Shown: positions 36,572 through 46,873 of the stretch, in pieces
Layout: every line of letters starts with the position of its first letter
How positions within the stretch are numbered: the stretch's first letter is position 1
DNA from: an uncultured Candidatus Entotheonella sp.
GTDB lineage: Bacteria > Tectomicrobia > Entotheonellia > Entotheonellales > Entotheonellaceae
NCBI GenBank assembly: GCA_965217185.1
Contig: OZ244252.1
Span: 3,328,001-3,392,000, forward strand
DNA length: 64,000 nt
Direction of reading: 5' to 3'
Notes under the pieces: model-generated
What the model was told of the DNA's origin: nothing
The model's database searches: none
The model's input: the letters and a program-made list of their open reading frames with translations, nothing else
Position numbers and translations under genes: made by a program

Positions 36572-38389
36572 TCACGCCGTCGGTGCACAGGCATCCCGCA
36601 GCCAAGCGCGGTATTCCGACGCCAGCAGCGGTTCCATCGTTTGCAAGACACGCTCGTGATACTGGTCGAGCCAAGCGGCCTCGGCGGCGGAAAGCTGTTC
36701 CTGGTCGATGAGGCGCTGGTCGAAGGGGATCAGCGTCAGCGGCTCGAACCGCAACCAACCCTTTCCGGACGGGTGCGGCGGCATGTCGTCATCAGGCACC
36801 ACGACGTACAGGTTCTCCAGGCGGATGCCGCCCCAGCCTTCTTCGTAGTAGCCGGGCTCGTTGGAGACCACCATGCCGGGCTTCAGCGCCTCGCCGCTGC
36901 CGTGCGGCGACAGGCGCTGCGGCCCCTCATGGACGTTGAGAAACGCGCCCACGCCGTGCCCGGTGCCGTGCCCGTAATCCAAACCGGCGTTCCACATCAG
37001 GGAACGCGCCACCGCGTCCAGCGCCGCGCCGCTGGTGCCTTCGGGAAATTTCTGCCTCGCCAGTTGGATGTGACAGCGCAGGACAAGGGTGTACAGTCGG
37101 CGTTGGCGGTCCGTGCCCGAGCCGACAACGACGGTGCGCGTGTCGTCCGTCGTTCCCCCCATGACCTGCGCCCCGGAATCCACTAGGAACAGGTCCCCGT
37201 CGGTAAGCAAAACGTCGTCGCTAGCCTGACTGTAGTGCACAATCGACCCGTTCGCCCCAGCCGCGGCAATGGTGGTGAAACTCAGGTCGCTGAATCCTTC
37301 TTCGCTGGAATACTCTTCGTGCAGCATTTCCGAGTACGCCCGTTCGCTCACGCCTTGGCCTGCGTCGAGAAGCTGCTCAAGACGGGCCAGACTGCGAATC
37401 TTCGCCGCCGCGGCATGTACATGCGCCCGCCGCATGCCGGCGACCTCGGCGTCGTTCTTCTCCGCTTTCATCGCCACCACGGGGTTGCGGCGTTCATGAA
37501 CGCGCACCGTCTCCGGCAGCAGCAAGCGCGTGCCCATCGTCGTACCGTCGGGGTCGAGCCACACCGCCTGTCCGGCCGGTATCTCCAACTGTCGCACCGC
37601 CTGGGGGTAAGCCTCATAAGCCTGGAAATCGATATGGCCCGCAAGCTCCTGCCGAAGGGCCGCAGAAGGTGTGGCGCGGGTGAAGCAGGTAGCACGCTCG
37701 CTCTCGACGATCAGGTAGGACTCGAACACCGGATTGTAGGCAATGTCGCTGCCCCGCAAGTTGGTGATCCAGGCGATCTCGTCCAGCTTCGTGACGATCA
37801 GCGCCGCGGCTCCGGCCTCGGTCATCCGTTGGCGAATGGCCGCCAGCTTGTCGCCGACCGGACGGCCCGTCACTTCATCGGGCAGAGCGTAGATCGGTTG
37901 CGCTGGCGCCGGCGGGCGGTCCTCCCACACCTCGTCAATCAGATTGACGTTGATCGGTACCAAGGCCGAACCGGACGCCGACAGGGCCGCAGCGTAGGAC
38001 ACATGGGACGCCATGGGGTGCAGAAACGGATCGAAGCCAACCCGCAGCGTCCCGCGCTGCTTCTCCATTTCCGTCAGCCAGCCCTTCAGGGTATAGGCGT
38101 CGGCCAATCCAACCTTGTGGACACGGAACTGATCGGTATCGACTTCCTGCTCGGCCTGCAGGTGGTAGCGCGAGTCCACGAACAGGTGATTCCCATGCGG
38201 CGACAGCAACACGTCGCCCGCCGACCCGGCAAAGCCGCTGATGGCGGCGCGGCGGCACTGGTAGGTTGGCACGTATTCGTTCAGGTGGGCATCGGAAGAG
38301 GGAACCAGATAGGCGTCAACCCGATATTCGGTCAGCCGCTGATAAATCCGTTCAAGCCATTGCACGAGACCGTCGGAAGCATCGGACAT
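36572..38389 (-). CDS. Aminopeptidase P (Xaa-Pro, M24B)
   Basis: [52 protein letters not shown] and GIRLEN. Confidence 0.93.
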   Translation of the reverse strand: MSDASDGLVQWLERIYQRLTEYRVDAYLVPSSDAHLNEYVPTYQCRRAAISGFAGSAGDVLLSPHGNHLFVDSRYHLQAEQEVDTDQFRVHKVGLADAYTLKGWLTEMEKQRGTLRVGFDPFLHPMASHVSYAAALSASGSALVPINVNLIDEVWEDRPPAPAQPIYALPDEVTGRPVGDKLAAIRQRMTEAGAAALIVTKLDEIAWITNLRGSDIAYNPVFESYLIVESERATCFTRATPSAALRQELAGHIDFQAYEAYPQAVRQLEIPAGQAVWLDPDGTTMGTRLLLPETVRVHERRNPVVAMKAEKNDAEVAGMRRAHVHAAAAKIRSLARLEQLLDAGQGVSERAYSEMLHEEYSSEEGFSDLSFTTIAAAGANGSIVHYSQASDDVLLTDGDLFLVDSGAQVMGGTTDDTRTVVVGSGTDRQRRLYTLVLRCHIQLARQKFPEGTSGAALDAVARSLMWNAGLDYGHGTGHGVGAFLNVHEGPQRLSPHGSGEALKPGMVVSNEPGYYEEGWGGIRLENLYVVVPDDDMPPHPSGKGWLRFEPLTLIPFDQRLIDQEQLSAAEAAWLDQYHERVLQTMEPLLASEYRAWLRDACAPTA

Positions 38390-38603
38390 GATCGCACCTG
38401 CTCCTTCATAAGTTGCTGCGCTGTGTTACGATAACCGAATTGGCATGGTGTCGGGACATAGTATACTCTCTTTCTCTGAACCTATACGCACACTTATATT
38501 ACTGCGCTTGCATACAGGCTAACTCGACTTACGGCCCGCTCCCGGCGTCTGTATGACCGAAGAAATCACCCCCTGACCGCCGCGTGGAACAGGAGGCGTC
38601 ACC

Positions 38604-39428
38604 ATGACCCGCTCGGAGGCACCCGAAACCCTGGAAGGCTGGTACATCCAGCACGACATGTACACGGTGAAGTGGCCCGAGTGGCGCGCCATGACGCCAG
38701 CGGAGCGTGACGTCGTCATCGCTGAAAGCACCGACTGGCTGGCCGCGCAGGCCACTCCGGAACAGGGCATGAGCGCCTTCTTCAGCGTCCTGGGCCACAA
38801 GGCGGACATCCTGGCGGTGCATTTCCGGCCCACGCTGGAAGCCCTCAACGGCGTTGAGCTTGGGCTGCGCCAGACCGCGCTGTTCCCTTACCTGCAGCCT
38901 GCCTACAGCTATCTATCCGTCGTCGAGTTGGGCTTGTATGAGGTGCTGGGAGTCGTCAACCGGAAGCTCGCCGCGGAGGGTCTGGAGCCCGGCGTCGAGG
39001 GCTACGAGGCCGCCCGCGAACGCGAGTTGGCGGCGCAGAAAGAAGCGCTTCACCCTCGCCTCTATCCCGCCGTTCCGGCTGGCCGCTACGTGTGTTTCTA
39101 TCCCATGGACAAGAAACGCGGCGAGACCTACAACTGGTACGCGCTGTCCATGGAAGAGCGCCGGCAGTTGATGCGCGGCCACGGCATGGTGGGGCGCAAG
39201 TACGCCGGCAAGGTCATGCAGATCATCAGCGGCTCGGTGGGCTTCGACGACTGGGAATGGGGCGTGACCCTGTTCGCCGATGACCCGCTGGTGTTCAAGA
39301 AGCTGATTTACGAGATGCGCTTCGACCCCGCCAGTTCGCACTACGCCCTGTTCGGCGGCTTCTACGTCGGCATTCGCTTCGAGCCGTCCGAGGTCGGGGC
39401 GCTGCTGTCCGGCCAGCCGCCGGCGTAA
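38604..39428 (+). CDS. hemQ: Coproheme decarboxylase (HemQ/ChdC, chlorite dismutase superfamily)
   Basis: APETLEGWY, GHKAD, YSYLSVVEL, CFYPMDKKR, NWY, HG..GRKY, GFDDWEWGVTLF and YEMRFD. Confidence 0.88.
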   Translation: MTRSEAPETLEGWYIQHDMYTVKWPEWRAMTPAERDVVIAESTDWLAAQATPEQGMSAFFSVLGHKADILAVHFRPTLEALNGVELGLRQTALFPYLQPAYSYLSVVELGLYEVLGVVNRKLAAEGLEPGVEGYEAARERELAAQKEALHPRLYPAVPAGRYVCFYPMDKKRGETYNWYALSMEERRQLMRGHGMVGRKYAGKVMQIISGSVGFDDWEWGVTLFADDPLVFKKLIYEMRFDPASSHYALFGGFYVGIRFEPSEVGALLSGQPPA

Positions 39429-39438
39429 AGGAGACGCG

Positions 39439-40383
39439 ATGACGGCCTACATCCCGCACGGCGTGATTCCCGCCAACCTGCTGCCCTTCACGCCGGATTG
39501 GAAAATCGACGCCCCGGCGTATCGCCAACACCTGCGCGATCTGGCCGCAGTGGAGGACATCACCGCAATCACCACCAACGGCCACGCCGCCGAGGTGCAC
39601 GCGCTGTCTGTGGACGAGCAGCGCGAGGTGCTGGACATTACCCTGGACGAACTGGGCGACAGTCTGCCCATCATTTCCGGCATCTACGCGGACGACTCCC
39701 TGCAAGGCGCCCGGCTGGCCCGCCTGGCCCAAAGCGCCGGAGCCCGGTGCCTGCTGATTTTCCCGCCGCAGCCCTTCATCATGGGCGCCCAGCGTCGTCC
39801 CGAGATGGTCCTGACACATTTCGCCACCATCGCTTCGGCGACCGATTTGCCACTCATCGCTTTCAATTACCCGCTGGCCGGCGGGCAGGGCTATACCACG
39901 GACACCCTCGTCCGCCTCGCCGAAACGGTTCCCTCCGTCGTCGCCATGAAGGACTGGTGCAACGACGGGCTGCAACACACCAACAACATCAACGCCCTGC
40001 ACAACCTCGGACGCCCCTTCTCGGTACTCAGCACCCACAGCGCCTGGCTGCTCTCCTCGCTGGTGCTGGGCTGCGATGGCCTGCTGTCCGGCATGGGCAG
40101 CGTCGTGGCCGATCTGCAAGTGGCCCTTTGGCAGGCGGTGCAACGTTGCGACCTGGCCGAGGGCCAGCGTCTGCACGAACTTCTGCGTCCCTTGGTGCAG
40201 GTTTTCTACGCAGCACCAGCCGTGGACATGCACAATCGCATGAAGGAAGCTCTGGTTCTGTTGGGAAGACAGCAGCGCGCGGTCGTGCGTCCACCTCTCG
40301 TTCCCATCACCCCGGTCGAACGAGAAGCGTTGCGTCGCGCCCTGGTTGAAGCGCAGTTGTTGACGCTCTCCGCAGCCGACTGA
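39439..40383 (+). CDS. Dihydrodipicolinate synthase-family aldolase/lyase
   Basis: GVIPANLLPF, NGHAAE..ALS..E, FNYP and AMKD; lacks the canonical GTTGE, so probably not DapA itself. Confidence 0.85.
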   Translation: MTAYIPHGVIPANLLPFTPDWKIDAPAYRQHLRDLAAVEDITAITTNGHAAEVHALSVDEQREVLDITLDELGDSLPIISGIYADDSLQGARLARLAQSAGARCLLIFPPQPFIMGAQRRPEMVLTHFATIASATDLPLIAFNYPLAGGQGYTTDTLVRLAETVPSVVAMKDWCNDGLQHTNNINALHNLGRPFSVLSTHSAWLLSSLVLGCDGLLSGMGSVVADLQVALWQAVQRCDLAEGQRLHELLRPLVQVFYAAPAVDMHNRMKEALVLLGRQQRAVVRPPLVPITPVEREALRRALVEAQLLTLSAAD

Positions 40384-40388
40384 CGACC

Positions 40389-40970
40389 ATGGATACCATG
40401 CAAAGCAAAATAGCCGACATCCTGCACGACGCCATCAGCACCAAACAGCGGCTGGCCGGCCATACCGAAAGCATCGAATGGTCCGCGCGCCTGCTCATCG
40501 ACGCGCTGGCAAAGGGCCATAAGGTCCTGGTTTGCGGCAACGGCGGTTCCGCCGCCGACGCCCAGCATATGGCCGGCGAACTGGTTGGCCGGTTCCAGAA
40601 GAACCGGCGCGGGCTGCCATGCGTGGCGCTGACGACCGACACCTCCATCCTGACCGCGTGCGCCAACGATTTCGGTTACGAAGAAGTATTCGCCAGACAG
40701 GTAGAGGCCATTGGCGCTGCCGATGATGTTCTCGTCGGCATCTCGACGTCGGGCAATTCAGCGAATGTCATCAAGGCTTTCGAGGCCGCCGCCAGCGCCG
40801 GGATGAAGCGAGTGGCCCTGACGGGCAACGACGGTGGTCACGTCGCGCAGATGGATGGCGTCCTGAGCATTGTCGTGCCGTCGTGTTCGACGCAGCGCAT
40901 CCAGGAGGGGCACCTCACCATCATCCACGTCCTGTGCGAGTTGGTGGAAGACGCCCTGTTCGGAAACTGA
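40389..40970 (+). CDS. gmhA: D-sedoheptulose-7-phosphate isomerase
   Basis: CGNGGSAADAQH, ANDFGY, ISTSGNS and RIQEGH. Confidence 0.95.
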   Translation: MDTMQSKIADILHDAISTKQRLAGHTESIEWSARLLIDALAKGHKVLVCGNGGSAADAQHMAGELVGRFQKNRRGLPCVALTTDTSILTACANDFGYEEVFARQVEAIGAADDVLVGISTSGNSANVIKAFEAAASAGMKRVALTGNDGGHVAQMDGVLSIVVPSCSTQRIQEGHLTIIHVLCELVEDALFGN

Positions 40971-40986
40971 TACCCCATTGCCGCCC

Positions 40987-42447
40987 ATGAGCACACTGCC
41001 GCACAACCTCTGGCCTCGGAATCCGATACGGGTCCTCGTTGTCGGCGATGTCATGTGCGACACCTACCTGTCCGGGCACGTCTCCCGCATTTCCCCCGAG
41101 GCCCCGGTACCCGTATTCGAAAGCACCGAAAAACGGCACGTCTTAGGCGGCGCTGCCAACGTGGCGGCGAACCTTCGCGCCCTGGGTTGCGAGGTGCGTC
41201 TGGCGGGTGTGGTCGGCGACGACGTCACAGGGCGTTACGTGCGGGAGCAAGTGCGGGCGCAAGGCATTGCCGATGACCTTCTGGTGCAGGATGGCAGTCG
41301 CCCGACCACCGAGAAGACGCGCCTCATCGCCCGACACCAACAATTGGTGCGTTTGGATCAGGAAAGCCGCATGCCGTTACCGGCCGGGCTGATTGCCCAA
41401 ATTCTGGCGGGGGCCGAATCCATCCTGGCTGAAGTGGATGGCCTCATCTGCTCCGATTACAACAAAGGCGTCTGCACGCCCGACCTGTTAGCGCCCCTCT
41501 TTGCCAAAGCAAAGGCCGTCAATGTGCCAATTTTCGTCGATCCCAAGGCGCGGGACTTCGCCCAATACCGCGGCGCCACCGTGCTAACTCCCAACTTGGC
41601 CGAGGTCAGGCACGCGACGGGCGACCCCTTGGAAGAGGAAACGTCTCTGGCTACTGCCGCCGAATCGTTGTTGCGGCAAAGCGAAGCCCAAGCCCTTCTG
41701 GTGACGCGCGGCGAGGCGGGTATGAGCCTGTTCCATCCCCCGCAAGCCCCGCAGCATTTGCCCGCACATACCCGCGACGTGTACGACGTGACCGGAGCCG
41801 GGGATACCGTGATCGCCGCCTTTGCGGCCGCGGCCATCGGCGGCCTGTCATACGCGGAGGCGGCGCGGCTGGCCAACGTGGCGGCGGGTATCGTCGTCGG
41901 CAAGGCAGGCACGGCTGTTGCGCACCGGGAGGAACTGGAGGCTCATTTAGGGGTGCACAGCGCTCCCTGGCAAAGCAAATTGCGGACCTGCGACGAGTTG
42001 TCGAGGGCGCTTCAGCAGTATCGCCAGCGGGGCGAGCGAGTCGTCTTCACGAATGGTTGTTTCGACCTGTTGCACGGCGGCCACATTCACTACCTCCAGC
42101 AGGCGCGGGCGCTCGGCGATTGCCTGGTCGTGGCACTGAACGACGATGCCTCTGTACGCCTGCTGAAAGGGGATGATCGCCCCCTGCGCCCGCAGGACGA
42201 ACGGGCGCGCATGCTGGCCGCCCTCGCTTGCGTGGACTACGTGGTTCCGTTTGGTGAAGCCACCCCTTTGGCATTGATCAAATCCCTCAAGCCGGACGTG
42301 CTTGTCAAGGGCAGCGATTACACGCTCGAGACGGTGGTGGGCAGAGAAGAAGTGGAAGCATCCGGCGGCTCGGTGCACCTCATACCTTACATTGAGGGTG
42401 TTTCAACGACTGAACTCATTGACGAGTTGCTGCAACGCTATCGTTAA
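40987..42447 (+). CDS. hldE: Bifunctional heptose-7-phosphate kinase/heptose-1-phosphate adenylyltransferase
   Basis: RISPEAPVP, GGAANVA, SDYNKG, DVTGAGDT, FTNGCFDLLHGGH and PDVLVKG.DY. Confidence 0.95.
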   Translation: MSTLPHNLWPRNPIRVLVVGDVMCDTYLSGHVSRISPEAPVPVFESTEKRHVLGGAANVAANLRALGCEVRLAGVVGDDVTGRYVREQVRAQGIADDLLVQDGSRPTTEKTRLIARHQQLVRLDQESRMPLPAGLIAQILAGAESILAEVDGLICSDYNKGVCTPDLLAPLFAKAKAVNVPIFVDPKARDFAQYRGATVLTPNLAEVRHATGDPLEEETSLATAAESLLRQSEAQALLVTRGEAGMSLFHPPQAPQHLPAHTRDVYDVTGAGDTVIAAFAAAAIGGLSYAEAARLANVAAGIVVGKAGTAVAHREELEAHLGVHSAPWQSKLRTCDELSRALQQYRQRGERVVFTNGCFDLLHGGHIHYLQQARALGDCLVVALNDDASVRLLKGDDRPLRPQDERARMLAALACVDYVVPFGEATPLALIKSLKPDVLVKGSDYTLETVVGREEVEASGGSVHLIPYIEGVSTTELIDELLQRYR

Positions 42448-42471
42448 GACACATTTACAAGGAGTTATGGC

Positions 42472-43314
42472 ATGATCAGGAGCAGAATCACCGACACCCT
42501 GCACGTTGGCGACGGCCGCCAACTCGCGCTGATCGGCGGCCCGTGCGTCATCGAGTCCGAGGATTTCACCCTCAGAATGGCCGACGGCATCCGCGAGGTC
42601 TGCGATCGTCTGGGCATCCCGATGATCTTCAAGTCCTCTTTCGACAAGGCCAACCGGACGTCCATCGATGCCTTCCGGGGCCACCCGATGGATGCCGGCC
42701 TCAAGATTCTCCAGCGCGTCAAGGACGAGGTTGGGGTGCCGGTGTTGACGGACGTGCACGAAAGCGACCAGGCGGCGACCGTGGCAGAGGTCGTGGACGT
42801 GCTGCAAATCCCGGCCTTTCTGTGCCGCCAAACCGACTTGCTACTGGCCGCCGCCGCCACGGGCCGGGCCGTCAACGTGAAGAAGGGCCAGTTCCTCGCC
42901 CCTTGGGACATGCGGCACGTGGTGGGCAAGCTGGAGTCCGGCGGCGCGCACGACATTCTCTTGACCGAGCGCGGCACCTGCTTCGGCTATAACGCCCTGG
43001 TGGTCGATTTCCGCGGCCTGCCGCAAATGCGCGAGCTTGGCTACCCCGTCGTTTTCGACGCCACGCACAGCGTACAGATGCCGGGAGGACAGGGGAGCCG
43101 ATCGGGCGGCCAGCGGCAATTCGTGCCCCATCTGGCACGCGCCGCCGCGGCGCTCGGCATCGACGTGCTGTTCATGGAAATCCACGCAGACCCCGACAAT
43201 GCCCCGAGCGACGGACCGAACATGGTTCCGCTGCACCAGCTCGAAGAGCTCCTGCAACAAGTGTTACGAGTGCGCGAAGCGCTTCAGGCGTCGCCGCCGG
43301 TCGTCTTGCAATAG
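42472..43314 (+). CDS. kdsA: KDO8P synthase
   Basis: [44 protein letters not shown] and SDGP. Confidence 0.96.
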   Translation: MIRSRITDTLHVGDGRQLALIGGPCVIESEDFTLRMADGIREVCDRLGIPMIFKSSFDKANRTSIDAFRGHPMDAGLKILQRVKDEVGVPVLTDVHESDQAATVAEVVDVLQIPAFLCRQTDLLLAAAATGRAVNVKKGQFLAPWDMRHVVGKLESGGAHDILLTERGTCFGYNALVVDFRGLPQMRELGYPVVFDATHSVQMPGGQGSRSGGQRQFVPHLARAAAALGIDVLFMEIHADPDNAPSDGPNMVPLHQLEELLQQVLRVREALQASPPVVLQ

Positions 43315-43348
43315 ATGCCGACGACACCGCATCACCGGGAGGCCCCGC

Positions 43349-44347
43349 GTGAGCACCGATCGGATACGCAACAACATGACGGCCAGTTTCCTCAACGTGC
43401 TGCGCCACGAGCAGGAGGCCCTGGCGGGCGTCGTACAGCGTTTCAGCGACGGTGGCGAGGTCATCGCCGAGGCGTGTGAAACCCTGCTGCACGACGAGGA
43501 GCAGCGAGACCGCAACCGCATCATCGTAAGCGGCGTAGGCAAGGCCGGCATCGTGGCCATGAAGGTCGCTTCCACCCTGTCGTCCACCGGCAGCGCTGCG
43601 GTCTTCATGCACCCCGTCGAGGCCCTGCACGGCGACCTGGGGTTCGTGAGCGAGCACGACTGCGCCCTGCTGTTCTCGTATTCCGGCGAGAGCATCGAGG
43701 TGATTCGCTTGGCGGGAGAGTTGCGGCGCATCGGCTGCGCCGTGGTGGTGATCACCAGCCGCCGCACCAGCACCCTGGGGCGAATGGCGGCGGTTTGCAT
43801 CGAAACGGGCGAGGTGCGGGAGGCGTGCTATCTGGGTTTGGCGCCGTCATCGAGCACGACGGTGATGCTGGCCATCGGCGACGCGCTAGCCCTGGCAATG
43901 GCCGAAGCGCAAGGGTTTGGCGAGGCGGATTTTGGACTGAACCACCCGGCCGGCAGCCTCGGACAGCGGTTCCGCTATGTGCAGGATTTCATGCGGGCCG
44001 GGGACAAAACCGTGTGCGTTGAACCCACCGCGCAACTCAAGCGCGTAATCCAATTGGTCAGCGACGCCAAAACCGGCTCGGCCATCCTGGTCGACGCCGA
44101 TGGCGCCCTGGCAGGCATCTTTACCGACGGCGACCTGCGCCGGGCGCTCTTGCAAGGCAGCGATGTGCTGGAGGGCGCGGTCGAGCAGTTTGCCAGCATC
44201 CCCTGCCATTTCGTTCTGTACGACACCTCGATTGCCGACGCGCTCAAGCTCTTCCAGAACACGCAGACCGAGGACCTGCCGGTGCTCGACCCGGAAACGC
44301 GGCGGGTTCTGGGAACCTTGTGTCTCAAGGACATTACGGCCTTCTGA
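43349..44347 (+). CDS. kdsD: KpsF/GutQ-family arabinose-5-phosphate isomerase (SIS plus CBS)
   Basis: GVGKAG, HPVEALHGDLG, SYSGES, LAPSSSTT, HPAGSLG and GIFTDGDLRR; GGGAGG RBS before GTG. Confidence 0.9.
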   Translation: MSTDRIRNNMTASFLNVLRHEQEALAGVVQRFSDGGEVIAEACETLLHDEEQRDRNRIIVSGVGKAGIVAMKVASTLSSTGSAAVFMHPVEALHGDLGFVSEHDCALLFSYSGESIEVIRLAGELRRIGCAVVVITSRRTSTLGRMAAVCIETGEVREACYLGLAPSSSTTVMLAIGDALALAMAEAQGFGEADFGLNHPAGSLGQRFRYVQDFMRAGDKTVCVEPTAQLKRVIQLVSDAKTGSAILVDADGALAGIFTDGDLRRALLQGSDVLEGAVEQFASIPCHFVLYDTSIADALKLFQNTQTEDLPVLDPETRRVLGTLCLKDITAF

Positions 44348-44357
44348 ACCCCGCCCC

Positions 44358-44768
44358 TCAAGCGTCCGATGCGTCTTGCCGTTCGAGCAGTTGCAACAAC
44401 ACGCCGTGCGTCGACTTCGGGCTGACGAAGGCCAAGCGCTGTCCCGTCGAGCCCTCGGCGACCCTGACCCGTACACCCGTGTCTTGCAGATGCGCCACAG
44501 CCTCGTCCAAGTCTTCGACTTCCAGCGACAAAAGATACATCCCCTCGCCACGCTGCTCGAGAAATTCCGCTACCGGGCCTGTCGCTGAAGTCGGCGTCAC
44601 CAGTTCGATGCTGGCGCCGCCAATCTGCAAAAAGGCGTTGTGGATGCCCAGTGACGGCACTTCCCCGCCGCCCGCTTTTCCCAGGTCGAAGTTGTGCTGA
44701 TAGGTCGCTACGGCAGCCTCCAAATCCTTCACCACCACCGCTATATGATCAATGCGCGTCGCTTTCAT
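44358..44768 (-). CDS. VOC-family protein (methylmalonyl-CoA epimerase-like)
   Basis: IDHIAVVV.DLE, IELVTP, FLEQRGEG and PKSTHGVL. Confidence 0.85.
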   Translation of the reverse strand: MKATRIDHIAVVVKDLEAAVATYQHNFDLGKAGGGEVPSLGIHNAFLQIGGASIELVTPTSATGPVAEFLEQRGEGMYLLSLEVEDLDEAVAHLQDTGVRVRVAEGSTGQRLAFVSPKSTHGVLLQLLERQDASDA

Positions 44769-44936
44769 TGCTTCACTTTCTCATGCTAAGATGCCCGACC
44801 GTTTTAGGTCCTGTTCATCATGGGTTGCGAGGTTGACTTGCCGACGCCTCGAACGTCCGAGGCACGCCACAAGCCATAGTAAATCAACGTTCCATATGGC
44901 AAAAGAGCCATCTGCCTTTGCCCGCGGAGACACAAC

Positions 44937-46169
44937 ATGCAGGAAAGCTACCTACAGGAATTGTTCGCCGAGCGCATCGGCGGCAGAAACTACGGCAAAG
45001 ACACGGCGGTGTATAAATTCGAGAAGATCCGCCGCGCCCGCGACGCCGCCGTCGCGGCGCGTCCCGACCTGGCGTTGATCGACATGGGCGTTGGCGAGCC
45101 GGACGGCATGGCCTATCCAGGCGTCGTTAACGCGCTGAGCGAGCAGGCAGCGATGCCCGAAAACCGCGGCTATTCCGACAACGGCCTGCCGGAGTTCAAA
45201 GAGGCCGTCGCGCAGTACATGGCGCGCGTGTACGGCGTGGACCTTGACCCGGCCAGCGAGATCACCCACGCCGTCGGCGCCAAGAACGCCCTGGCTTTCC
45301 TGCCAACGTGCTTCATTAACCCGGGCGACGCCGTCATTACGACCGCTCCGGGCTACCCGGTCCTCGGCACCCACTGCCGCTGGTACGGCGGCGACGTTTA
45401 CACCCTGCCGCTGTTGGAGGAGAACGCTTACCTACCCGACCTCAGCAGTCTGACAGACGAGCAGTTGGCAAAGGCCAAAATCCTCCTCTTCAACTACCCG
45501 AACAACCCGACCGGCGCGGTGGCGACCCCCGAATTCTTCGAAGAAGTCGTGGCCTTCGCCAAGCAGCACAAACTACTGGTGGTGCAGGATGCCGCCTACG
45601 CCGCCCTGGTATTCGAGGGCCAGCCGTTGAGTTTTCTCTCCATTCCGGGCGCGAAGGAGGTGGGGGTGGAAATCCACAGCATGTCCAAGGCCTTCAACAT
45701 GACGGGATGGCGCCTGGCCTGGATTTGCGGCAACGAATTGGCGGTGCGGGCGTTCGCCGACACCAAGGACAACTTCGACTCCGGCCAATTCAAGGCCATC
45801 CAGATGGCGTCCACGTACGCCTTGCAGCACCCCGAAATCACCGAGGAAATCGCCGACAAGTACAACCGTCGCCTGGCGATGCTGGCAGATGCCCTCAGCA
45901 CTATGGGCTTCGAGGCGAAAAAACCGGCAGCCTCTTTCTTCCTGTACGTTCGGGCGCCTCGGGGCGTCGTGGGCGGTCAGCGGTTCGACACCGGGGAGGA
46001 TTTCTCGCAGTTTCTCATCCGCGAGAAGCTGATCTGCGCCGTGCCGTGGGACGACGCCGGGGCGTATATTCGGTTCTCGGTGACATTCCAGGCCGCCTCG
46101 CTGGAGGAAGAGAAGGACATCGTGCGCGAGATCGGCGCGCGCCTGTCGGACGTGCCGTTCGAGTTTTAG
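44937..46169 (+). CDS. dapL: LL-diaminopimelate aminotransferase
   Basis: FAERIGG..YKFEKI, DMGVGEPD, NYPNNPTG, DAAY and HSMSKAFNMTGWR. Confidence 0.85.
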   Translation: MQESYLQELFAERIGGRNYGKDTAVYKFEKIRRARDAAVAARPDLALIDMGVGEPDGMAYPGVVNALSEQAAMPENRGYSDNGLPEFKEAVAQYMARVYGVDLDPASEITHAVGAKNALAFLPTCFINPGDAVITTAPGYPVLGTHCRWYGGDVYTLPLLEENAYLPDLSSLTDEQLAKAKILLFNYPNNPTGAVATPEFFEEVVAFAKQHKLLVVQDAAYAALVFEGQPLSFLSIPGAKEVGVEIHSMSKAFNMTGWRLAWICGNELAVRAFADTKDNFDSGQFKAIQMASTYALQHPEITEEIADKYNRRLAMLADALSTMGFEAKKPAASFFLYVRAPRGVVGGQRFDTGEDFSQFLIREKLICAVPWDDAGAYIRFSVTFQAASLEEEKDIVREIGARLSDVPFEF

Positions 46170-46170
46170 C

Positions 46171-46770
46171 ATGGAAACCATTCAGCGCGTCATGCTGGGC
46201 TCGCAAAACGGTGCCAAAATCCGCGGCGTACAAGCCGCCTTCAACGGCTTGCCGGCGGCGGTTCAAGGCCCCGACCTGCGATCACCAGAGACCTGGACCT
46301 GCCAGGTTGAAACCGGTGTCAATGAGGAACCTTGGGGATTCCCCGCCACCATACAAGGCTCCCAAAACCGGGCGCGCGCCGCGTTTGAACACCTCGAGAC
46401 GGAAGACGCACAAGCCGGACACGTCGCGCTCGGTATCGGCGTCGAGAGCGGCTTCATCGAGGTGACCCCCACTGCCTTCACGCTCTACAATTTTGACGTC
46501 TGCTGCCTGTTCGACGGCAGTTGCGACTACTTCGGTATCTCGCCCGGTTTTGAATACCCCCGCCGTCTGGTGCGCGACATCTTCCTGCATCGACAACCCT
46601 TCCAAGCTGCCCGCCAATACATCACCACCAGCCCCGACATCGAGCAGCAAGGCGGCATCGTCGGCGTCCTGGCCGCCGGCCACATCGACCGCCCGGAAAT
46701 GACCCGTTTGGCCGCCCACATGGCGCTCATCCGCTACCTGCAACGCCACGATTACGATAGGTGGAGTTAG
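46171..46770 (+). CDS. Inosine/xanthosine triphosphatase-like protein (DUF84/YjjX)
   Basis: GSQN..KI, TGV..P, G..NRA, IGVESG and GGIVGVL. Confidence 0.75.
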   Translation: METIQRVMLGSQNGAKIRGVQAAFNGLPAAVQGPDLRSPETWTCQVETGVNEEPWGFPATIQGSQNRARAAFEHLETEDAQAGHVALGIGVESGFIEVTPTAFTLYNFDVCCLFDGSCDYFGISPGFEYPRRLVRDIFLHRQPFQAARQYITTSPDIEQQGGIVGVLAAGHIDRPEMTRLAAHMALIRYLQRHDYDRWS

Positions 46771-46873
46771 AACTCACTTGGCACTTACAGCCGCTTGCAC
46801 CGTGGCCATTTCCAGGGGCGAAGAGGGCAAATCGTCCTCGACAATTTGCATTACAAATGCATAATTTCCACTT

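Noticed and set aside
38604..39428. Functional chlorite dismutase
   Set aside because: The motif set (YPMDKKR, HG..GRKY, distal Gln region) fits ChdC/HemQ and there is no signal peptide.
39439..40383. Calling this gene dapA
   Set aside because: It has NGHAAE in place of GTTGE, so only the family is supported.
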